64,000 bases of DNA from assembly GCA_000146465.1 (NCBI GenBank), contig CP001943.1; one strand, given 5' to 3'. Position numbers and translations under genes: made by a program. Below, piece after piece: positions 19,104-26,751 of this stretch. How positions within the stretch are numbered: position 1 is the first letter of the stretch; each line of letters begins with the position of its first letter. The notes under the pieces are model-generated. The model had not been told where the DNA came from and searched no databases. It saw only the letters and a program-made list of their open reading frames with translations.

Positions 19104-19388
19104 CTATTGTTTTCGCTTCATCATAAGCCGGAACTTATCAAACGGTTGCCAGTACCCCACATTCAAATACATGTTGTCCAAATAATATCCATTCATCCGT
19201 TTTATTGCCTTCCTAGCCCCAGACACTCGGTCGTAAACCACAAATGCACTTCCTGCCGTACTCTTCTCCACTCCTATTCTTATCTGTATCACTCTTCCAT
19301 AGTCTCCAAATAACTCTATTATCTTGTCCTTGGATATGTCCTTTGGCAAGTTTCGAACAAACAGAATCTGTGTTTCGATCTGCTCCAT
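19104..19388 (-). CDS. SF3B6: Splicing factor 3b 14 kDa subunit (SF3B6/p14), RRM protein
   Basis: ILFVRNLPKDISKDKIIELFGDYGRVIQIRIG...GSAFVVYDRVSGARKAIKRMNGYYLDNMYLNVGYWQP aligns with human p14 ([32 protein letters not shown]...[34 protein letters not shown]). Confidence 0.6.
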   Translation of the reverse strand: MEQIETQILFVRNLPKDISKDKIIELFGDYGRVIQIRIGVEKSTAGSAFVVYDRVSGARKAIKRMNGYYLDNMYLNVGYWQPFDKFRLMMKRKQ

Positions 19389-19506
19389 CCTAGCCCTGTT
19401 TCTTTCTGCTCATTTATTTCTCTTTGGAAAGAAAGACATACCAAATCTTTATTCTATCTCTCACATGTCCTCTAAGGCTATGCCAGCCCCAGGAATCAAA
19501 TTCTAA

Positions 19507-19577
19507 GGCTTGTTAGTTTAGTGGCAAAACGACTGATTCGTAATCAGTAGACGCGAGTTCGATTCTCGCACGAGCCT
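19507..19577 (+). tRNA. tRNA-Thr (anticodon CGT)
   Basis: GGCTTGT-TA-GTTT-AGTGGCA-AAAC-G-ACTGA-TTCGTAA-TCAGT-AGAC-GCGAG-TTCGATT-CTCGC-ACGAGCC-T with all stems paired. Followed by TTTT. Confidence 0.8.
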
Positions 19578-19613
19578 TTTGTTCAACCAAATATTTTCGA
19601 AGATCATGTCTTT

Positions 19614-20624
19614 CTATCTTCTTATCTCATACCTCCCACTCGCCATGCTGTATCTAATCCAAAAACACACCCCTGGATTTTCAACACATTCAGCCCTTTC
19701 CACTCTTACTTTTGAATCCTTCCACTCCTTTATGTAGAAGTTCACCATTATAGGCCGCAGATCCTCATATTCCTCAAACAGATCCACCCGATAATCTATC
19801 CTTTCTCTTCTTATAACCTGCTTTGTGAAAGTCCATCTTAGTAAATCATTCTCTTCGTCATAGATGCTTTTTCCCGACCTATGGCTCTTCACAACCTTAG
19901 ATGCCATTTTTGGAATCGGGAAACACACTTCGAGCCTGTCAAATCTTGTAGGACTTGGACAGCTTAGAATGTACCCTCCATCAATCTTGCTAATCATCAC
20001 AAGAGGATCTTTTGCATCCGAAGACCAATACCTAACTGCTTCGAGTTTACTTCCCTGGACCTTTGCACTCACTCTTATACCTTCAAGCCCCTCAGAAACT
20101 TGCTGGTAGTTCTTGTAGGCAATTGTACATGGTTTCAGGCTACAAACATCAAACTCCACAGTTCTTTCCTCCCCAAATGATGCATTCAAGTAGCACCTTC
20201 CATCAATTCTGTTCAGGATTGTCTTTTCCTTCTCGATTATGGCACTCAGATCCTCAGACACATCGAGATATACATTGTTACTGGTTATAGACGGAATAAG
20301 TTTCTTTCCACCATCAAATAATACAACACTCTCCTGCTTATTTATTATCCTAAGCAGACTAAAATAATTCTCTAGAACGTTCTTCTCATTAATCTCCCCT
20401 AACTTCTTCTCGAGTTTCTTGCATAGCCTTTGGATGTATTCTAGCACCGAGAAGTCACATCCAAGGCTGTGTAAGATTCCTATCTTGACATCATTCATCC
20501 CCACTTGCACCATCCGAGCTCCTCCAACATCATCCACAGGATATCGGGCCTCTTTCTTATATCTGCTAGGATCTCCGTACAAGACTCGGTCCCCTTCTCC
20601 AACTATAAATATCTCCTCTATCAT
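19614..20624 (-). CDS. Adaptor-protein complex medium (mu) subunit-like / mu-homology-domain protein
   Basis: N-terminal longin-like MIEEIFIVGEGDRVLYGD. The C-terminal ...VCFWIRYSMASGRYEIRR matches the mu-homology-domain end (WVRYIT.SG.YE.R). Short for an AP mu; could instead be delta-COP-like. Confidence 0.5.
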   Translation of the reverse strand: MIEEIFIVGEGDRVLYGDPSRYKKEARYPVDDVGGARMVQVGMNDVKIGILHSLGCDFSVLEYIQRLCKKLEKKLGEINEKNVLENYFSLLRIINKQESVVLFDGGKKLIPSITSNNVYLDVSEDLSAIIEKEKTILNRIDGRCYLNASFGEERTVEFDVCSLKPCTIAYKNYQQVSEGLEGIRVSAKVQGSKLEAVRYWSSDAKDPLVMISKIDGGYILSCPSPTRFDRLEVCFPIPKMASKVVKSHRSGKSIYDEENDLLRWTFTKQVIRRERIDYRVDLFEEYEDLRPIMVNFYIKEWKDSKVRVERAECVENPGVCFWIRYSMASGRYEIRR

Positions 20625-20688
20625 CGGTTTTATTTACTTCCCGAAAATTAAGATATCTCCGCTGTTTACATGTTTTGTTTCAGGCCAT

Positions 20689-22344
20689 CTAGAGCCCATC
20701 GCGGATTCCCCGGAAGAAGGAGCATATTCTTTTCAAGTAGTGTTTAAGATTCTGAGGAAGTCTGTTGTCGATTGGAAAAACTCTCTCTTTGTACCGGACC
20801 ATAAGATCTTCACATAGAACCTCAAATCTTTCTCCATCGTTCATCAAAAACAGGAAACTCAGTCCATTTCTTATGCACCATCCTGTGTTTTCGATGTAAT
20901 CATAGAGTGTTCTGTTTCTGATGCTCATCTCACTCACTTGAGATATGTATGACATCGAAAATTGCTGGTGTGAGGAACAGTCCACCAGTACAGGTGATTC
21001 CCTCAAAAACCAACATACCTCCCTGTCTATTGCCTCACATCTGGCTTTCATCCCCATAATGGTTTCGTATAAGAAGTCTGGAATCTTTTCCGAATACTTC
21101 TTTTCCCCAGCCAAATAAATCACTTCATACCCTTTGCCTCGAGTTTTCAAAGTAAACTCTCTCGTAACATACACAAACCCTCCGGAAAACATGTAATAGA
21201 ACTTGTTTCCACCATTGTCGATTATTATCTTGGGAATTCTTTCCCTCATCATTTTCACATGTCCTGTGAGGAGACTTAAGGCCTTCAAACCTCCATTTGT
21301 GACAAATACAGGCTCGGTTTCTTCGTTCCCAATAAACACAGAGTATATAAACTCCTCCCCACATAAACACTTTTCCTCCCCATGTCTTCTTCCACTTCCA
21401 TGCCTTTCTTTTTTTCTAGCCACTATCCGGGCATCTCCTAGTTCAACCAGATCTCTGGTCTTCTTCATAACTCCATATCTTGTATTCTTCTCAAAGTTGG
21501 GGAGATCTCTGAAATCTTCGCATCTAGGTATAAACCTACTAAAGCTTTCATGCATAAGCGCCTCGCTTGCACTAATCCTCTTGTTGGCATCCTTCTCAAG
21601 CAACTTTCCAAGAAGATCTTTAAGTTCCTTAGAACACTCCAAAGAACTCAAGGATTCATAAAACTTTTTCTTCGTAAGAAGTACATAAAACACTATTCCC
21701 GCAGACCATATATCAACCCCCTGGGAGTATTTCCTTCCCTCAATCACTTCAGGTGCAAGGTAGTCCATTGTCCCACAGAATTCATTGCTGTTTTCCTCCG
21801 CATAGCAGGAGAGCCCAAAGTCACAAATTTTCACTGTATTTCCCTTTAGAAGTATATTTCCCAGCTTCAAGTCTCTGTGGATAACTCCCATGGAATGTAT
21901 GTGTCTCAATCCGCACAGTATCATCCTCAATATCTTCAAGGCTACATCTTCATCAACCTCATACTCATTGAGAAACGAGACAAGATTCAGATCGCACAGC
22001 TCTTCAACTATATACACATGGTTTGCAGATTCAAACTTGTCAACAACCTTAACAATATTTTCGTGGTGGAATGAGCTTAGCATTTTCATTTCTCTGTACA
22101 CCATTCCTCCCGACCTTCCTCGGCGGGATGCCACCTTCACAGCTACCTCCTCCCCAATTGCAGATACCCCGCCATATACTGTGCTTGATGCCCCTTCTCC
22201 AATCACTCGGTGAAGCTTGTACTTCTTCATCCCCTTCAGTCCCTCATTCCAAATAAAAAATCTGCTTTCCGATACTCTCGACATCAAATACAGAATAAAA
22301 TCATTTATTACACTCAGCCCAAATTCTATACAGAAAATAATCAT
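20689..22344 (-). CDS. Polo-like kinase (N-terminal Ser/Thr kinase domain plus C-terminal polo-box-like region)
   Basis: VIGEGASSTVY...AVKV, HRDLKLGNILL, KICDFGLS and GTMDYLAPE kinase motifs. The C-terminal WCIRNGLSFLFLMNDGERFEV resembles a polo box. The listed ORF start overlaps the upstream stop by ATGA. The true start may be the internal ATG at about 22230 (MKKYKLHRV...). Confidence 0.55.
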   Translation of the reverse strand: MIIFCIEFGLSVINDFILYLMSRVSESRFFIWNEGLKGMKKYKLHRVIGEGASSTVYGGVSAIGEEVAVKVASRRGRSGGMVYREMKMLSSFHHENIVKVVDKFESANHVYIVEELCDLNLVSFLNEYEVDEDVALKILRMILCGLRHIHSMGVIHRDLKLGNILLKGNTVKICDFGLSCYAEENSNEFCGTMDYLAPEVIEGRKYSQGVDIWSAGIVFYVLLTKKKFYESLSSLECSKELKDLLGKLLEKDANKRISASEALMHESFSRFIPRCEDFRDLPNFEKNTRYGVMKKTRDLVELGDARIVARKKERHGSGRRHGEEKCLCGEEFIYSVFIGNEETEPVFVTNGGLKALSLLTGHVKMMRERIPKIIIDNGGNKFYYMFSGGFVYVTREFTLKTRGKGYEVIYLAGEKKYSEKIPDFLYETIMGMKARCEAIDREVCWFLRESPVLVDCSSHQQFSMSYISQVSEMSIRNRTLYDYIENTGWCIRNGLSFLFLMNDGERFEVLCEDLMVRYKERVFPIDNRLPQNLKHYLKRICSFFRGIRDGL

Positions 22345-24149
22345 CGGAAATGCTTTTCGTAATCAACTAATGCTATTCGGGTGTGTCTTCTAAACTTCAC
22401 ATCGAGTTCACAGTCTTGGGCTTTCTTTTTCTCGCTCTCTATCTCTTCCATTCTCTTTTCGGTGTCCAAATCATAAGGCTCTAATGCTTCACAGCCAAAC
22501 TCACCAAATAGCACCTCGGAAACATTTAAGTACCGGCCCTTGTACATTTCCTTAACAAGTTCCTCGTTCAGAATCTTCTTAGCCCCGAAGAGACACAAAA
22601 TCTTGTAGTGGCTATCTTTCGAGACTCCATCTCCAACAAGATCCATTAGAAGATACTGTATGTCTCTGTTTTCCGTTTCACAGAAGAGCACACGGAGTCT
22701 CCTCATTACTCTTTCCTTTACAAAAGGCTTGAGAGCTCGGCCCATAAAGTAATCTTTGGCTAGATACAATATCTTGCAGCAAAATCCCGCAGATTCCCCC
22801 GTTCCCGCTCCCAGGAGGAGCGTCATAAATTTTGGATTGGGAATCCAATCGGAATGAACAACAAAATACCTTTGGATTTCATCAAATATCGTGGTCCTGA
22901 GGTCTTCTGTGTACCCGCTAACTTCTTTGTCCTGAAGAATCTTCTTAAGGAACCTGTAAAATACATCGGATATCGGCTTACATTTCTCAAAATACTTTCT
23001 TACGTAAGGAATAATGAATGGAAGTTTACTATCGTCCCTAGAAAAGAACATCTCAAGGATGCTGAAAAAGCTTACCACTATTTCCTTCTGATTCAAGTGC
23101 AGCACTTCATATTCATTCAAAACACCTAGTGCTTCTCTAACAAGAAACTCGCATTCTCCAACTGCCTTGCTTCTTCCAATCTTCTTGTCTCTATGCACCC
23201 TTTTTCCTCTTTCCAAAATGTTCATATTGGCCTGAAGAATTATCTGTGGATAAAGATCAGGCCCAAGATATTCCGTCAGGGTTCCCACACAGGACTTCCC
23301 CATCCAACTTGCATTCTTCAGTACATAGTAGATGAGGCTATTTCCACTAATGATATTTGCCTTTCCTGCCACAGCCTTAAATATCTCCATTCTCTTGGAA
23401 CTGTTCACTTCTCCATGCTTCATGAGAGATCCTACAAGCCATTTGTACTTCTCATCATAGTCGATCCTCAGAATGTCCTCCATCCCCATAAGTGTGTGTA
23501 TAATCTCCAGGAAGAAATACTCAAACCTAGCATTTGATATCTCCCCTCCTTGTTCATCTCCATGCATCCTAAAGTCCCCTGCCTGCCTCCCCTCATCTTT
23601 CCAGACATTGGTAGTTTCGAGTACATTCTTTTCATTGTATTCCGCTTCATCATCCAAGGACAGACCTTCTGCTATTCCATCGGAATTTTTAACATCCTTC
23701 GCTGCCTGGGTAGCAATAAAAAGAATCTTTCGGATGTACCTCTCACTCTCGTATGCTCGGATCGGTACTGTCTTAAAGAAATACGTAAACACATCCAGAA
23801 ACTCCTGATGGTCCGAATACTCGAAATCCCCTTTTCTTTTCAGCTGCAGGATCTCCCGAATCACCCCAACAAATATCCTTATTATCCGAGACTCATAGCA
23901 GATCGAAACTCCTCTCAACTGATCGATAATTAGTCTTAGGACTTTCGATCCAGTTTTCAGTCTGTGTGTGCTGTATACCTCCTCTCCTGCCCTTATCTTC
24001 AGGTAGTCGAGTGTGCTTGGTATGGTGGATGTCCTCGACTTCAAGTATGTTATGAGTTTAGACAATTTCTCCTCACTTCCACTCCTCCCCTTGTATACAT
24101 CGTCAACCATCTGAAAGTGTTTTTCGTAGCCAAACAGTGCTCTTAACAT
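22341..24149 (-). CDS. Hypothetical protein (602 aa), helical
   Basis: Long clean ORF. No recognisable family. Confidence 0.4.
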   Translation of the reverse strand: MLRALFGYEKHFQMVDDVYKGRSGSEEKLSKLITYLKSRTSTIPSTLDYLKIRAGEEVYSTHRLKTGSKVLRLIIDQLRGVSICYESRIIRIFVGVIREILQLKRKGDFEYSDHQEFLDVFTYFFKTVPIRAYESERYIRKILFIATQAAKDVKNSDGIAEGLSLDDEAEYNEKNVLETTNVWKDEGRQAGDFRMHGDEQGGEISNARFEYFFLEIIHTLMGMEDILRIDYDEKYKWLVGSLMKHGEVNSSKRMEIFKAVAGKANIISGNSLIYYVLKNASWMGKSCVGTLTEYLGPDLYPQIILQANMNILERGKRVHRDKKIGRSKAVGECEFLVREALGVLNEYEVLHLNQKEIVVSFFSILEMFFSRDDSKLPFIIPYVRKYFEKCKPISDVFYRFLKKILQDKEVSGYTEDLRTTIFDEIQRYFVVHSDWIPNPKFMTLLLGAGTGESAGFCCKILYLAKDYFMGRALKPFVKERVMRRLRVLFCETENRDIQYLLMDLVGDGVSKDSHYKILCLFGAKKILNEELVKEMYKGRYLNVSEVLFGEFGCEALEPYDLDTEKRMEEIESEKKKAQDCELDVKFRRHTRIALVDYEKHFR

Positions 24150-24228
24150 TCCGGGGCAAATTATTTAGTTACTAATGACTGTGCTTTCGTCTGCATTTCC
24201 CTCTTACAAAATACGCTTGTTCTTTCTC

Positions 24229-24441
24229 TCATATCTTTGGATACATAAGCTTACCTTCCTCCGCTTCCTTGTATATTGCTTTTACCTTATCCTGCAAATC
24301 CTTGTTTACTTTGTCTAATCCTGCCGCTGTTTTCTCAATCGACTCCTCTATCTCCTTATACTTATGCTTGATTTCTTCTAGCAGTTCACTCTCGACCATT
24401 CCAATCATCTTCTCAGACTCGCTTAGCCGGTCAGATTCCAT
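24229..24441 (-). CDS. Hypothetical small acidic coiled-coil protein (70 aa)
   Basis: Short ORF alone in the gap between divergent neighbours. Heptad-rich (ELLEEIKHKYKEIEESIEK). Confidence 0.25.
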   Translation of the reverse strand: MESDRLSESEKMIGMVESELLEEIKHKYKEIEESIEKTAAGLDKVNKDLQDKVKAIYKEAEEGKLMYPKI

Positions 24442-24485
24442 TAAGGGTAGGCAGAGTTCTTCAAATTCAGATATCCTGGAAGCCC

Positions 24486-25901
24486 TTGATGACCTTGATC
24501 AAACGGATTATTTCCAGAAATAAGTCTTGCTACATCCTCCAGGCAAATGAACAAACATTCCTCTTCGACTATCCATCGAGTATTTACGGAACACATTTTT
24601 CGTTTCCTTCCTTTGCCAAAGCACCAAAACCCCTAAAGCTCATCTTTCCGAAGTTTGTGGACAACATCGATCATATTCTGATCACTCGGTCAGACTCATT
24701 GGGTGTACTTTTTCTTGAAAAAGACATTCCCATATACATTACAGAGCCTGTGTTTGAACAGATTTTGATAAAGTACAAAAGTCTTCTCAAGATCCCGGCC
24801 TATTATGAAGATGAGGAGGACGAGGGTGTTTCCGTAGAAGACGCAGACGTCGAAAGATTCAGAAGAAACGCTAGATTTGTCAGATTTAACGAGAGATGTT
24901 ACTTCGATAATGTTTTGATCACTCCGCACCCCGCAGGAACATTTATTGGCTGGACGAACTACTTGATTGATATTGGAGATAAAAGAACCATATACTACCT
25001 CACCTCCTTGGCTAGCAAGACCAGACTTTCTTTGGAGGCTGGAGGTATCTCCTCAGACTACTTGATCATCAATACGGATTTCCCTCCTCCCTCTCATGAC
25101 ATTGAGGAGTTTTCTACTTACATTAATGACCTAGGGTCTGATGTTGCGATCGTGCCTTTAGAGATGACAACAATGCTTATCGAAGTTCTCCTCCACACGC
25201 TGTTTGTGACCCAAGCAAAGGGCACAATTCCAATATACGTTGTATCATCGGAGTTCGGCCGCCTTCACACAACCATCAGCATAGAAAACGAATGGCTAAG
25301 TAAACCGTTTTCATCGGCTAAGGAGCCTTTTCCAATCAGGTCATATAGAAGGTTCTATGCCGTAGACACCATCGATGAATTATCTGAGATTTCTGGGCCC
25401 GCAGTAGTATTTTGTGACCCATTAGAGTTTAGTCTTTATTCCCATCCGATCTTTGACAACCAGAAGATTATCTCTATTAATAATTCGGTGCCATTTGCGG
25501 ATGCTAACTACAATCTCAAGCTGGAGCTGGACCCCGAGGAGATTTCATCAATTCATACAGGAACAATAATACACAACCCAAACCCTGGAGAGTATCTTTA
25601 CATCGAGGCCATGCCTGGTCATTACTGTCTTGCTGTGGATGCTCGTAGTATCCAAGTATACACCAATGAAATATATTTGAACGGGAAGTTGAAGTTTAGC
25701 GACAAACATGGCTTTGGAAAGAAGATGGTATTTTCTCAGAAAAAGTGTAAGCTAAGCGATTTATTCAGCGCCAACAGATTCTTCTTTAGTGAAGGCTCAT
25801 ATTACTTTCCCCAAAAGGGTCTTAAGGTTACCATAGACAACAAAAAAGCCAAGATAAAGAAAATTATTGGGCTGAACAAAGCTAAAAGGACTTCCAAATA
25901 A
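24486..25901 (+). CDS. CPSF-100 (Cft2)-like degenerate metallo-beta-lactamase/beta-CASP protein
   Basis: N-terminus CYILQANEQTFLFDYP...DNIDHILITRSDSLGVLFL parallels CPSF2 (CYLLQVDEFRFLLDCG...HQIDAVLLSHPDPLHLGAL), with the zinc-ligand HxHxDH absent as in CPSF-100. Confidence 0.4.
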   Translation: MMTLIKRIISRNKSCYILQANEQTFLFDYPSSIYGTHFSFPSFAKAPKPLKLIFPKFVDNIDHILITRSDSLGVLFLEKDIPIYITEPVFEQILIKYKSLLKIPAYYEDEEDEGVSVEDADVERFRRNARFVRFNERCYFDNVLITPHPAGTFIGWTNYLIDIGDKRTIYYLTSLASKTRLSLEAGGISSDYLIINTDFPPPSHDIEEFSTYINDLGSDVAIVPLEMTTMLIEVLLHTLFVTQAKGTIPIYVVSSEFGRLHTTISIENEWLSKPFSSAKEPFPIRSYRRFYAVDTIDELSEISGPAVVFCDPLEFSLYSHPIFDNQKIISINNSVPFADANYNLKLELDPEEISSIHTGTIIHNPNPGEYLYIEAMPGHYCLAVDARSIQVYTNEIYLNGKLKFSDKHGFGKKMVFSQKKCKLSDLFSANRFFFSEGSYYFPQKGLKVTIDNKKAKIKKIIGLNKAKRTSK

Positions 25902-25935
25902 AAGACAATTCACTTTACACCACGTGAAATGCATG

Positions 25936-26679
25936 TCACATTCGATTGAAGTAGTCCTTTCTTCGGCGCAGTTCCCTCATTCTCTCTGATTCCGAGTCTT
26001 CGGTCAGTATTTTCCCCAGATTAAAGAAGGGATTGTATTCCATTTCGTCTCTCAGCCTTAGGAATCTCTTTCTCTTTATCTCTGGAGGTATGCAATAGAA
26101 CTCCTCGGTGAACTGAATATTCTGTTTGTTATAGTCATGTCCATATAGTAAAATGGCATTCTGGTCTACTCTTTCCATTATCTTCTTGATGGCTTGAACC
26201 ATTTGTTCCGGTGTTCCTTCAAAGAACTTTCCACAGCCTAGGAAGAACAATGTATCCCCTGTAGCAAGGAATTCCCCGCCAATGTAGTAGCAAAAACTAT
26301 CTACAGTATGGCAGGGTGTATACAGGCATTCTATCTCCACTTCTCCAAACTTGAATCTGTCTCCGCATTTACATATGCTTCCTTCAAATCCAGATATTCT
26401 TTTGGTCTCAGGGCTATTTTCTGCTATATACGGAATCCCATGCGAATGGTCTTGATGTCTGTGTGTGGTAAAGAGGTAGACAAGCTTTCTTCTCTTTTCC
26501 AAATCCTCTTCCATGCCTAGAATCTCGCTTTCGCTATATATCTTCTTTTTGAAATCCACTCCAAGAGCTTTCAGAAGTACCCGAGGGTTACATGCATCTA
26601 TGCAGAATGCAGAATCCCCCTCGTAGAATAGATGCATGTAGTTGTCTCCTATAACTATGCTTACAACTTCAATACCCAT
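25936..26679 (-). CDS. GLO2: Hydroxyacylglutathione hydrolase (glyoxalase II)
   Basis: TTHRHQDHSHG (THxHxDH), TPCHT, GDTLFFLGCGKFFEGTPEQM and LLYGHDY reproduce the GLO2 metallo-beta-lactamase motifs. Confidence 0.7.
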   Translation of the reverse strand: MGIEVVSIVIGDNYMHLFYEGDSAFCIDACNPRVLLKALGVDFKKKIYSESEILGMEEDLEKRRKLVYLFTTHRHQDHSHGIPYIAENSPETKRISGFEGSICKCGDRFKFGEVEIECLYTPCHTVDSFCYYIGGEFLATGDTLFFLGCGKFFEGTPEQMVQAIKKIMERVDQNAILLYGHDYNKQNIQFTEEFYCIPPEIKRKRFLRLRDEMEYNPFFNLGKILTEDSESERMRELRRRKDYFNRM

Positions 26680-26751
26680 GGCCTTAGGAACTTCTCTATT
26701 TTTAAATATAAGAATGCTTAGGCTTCAAAGCCTCGTAAGGATCAGCCGCAT

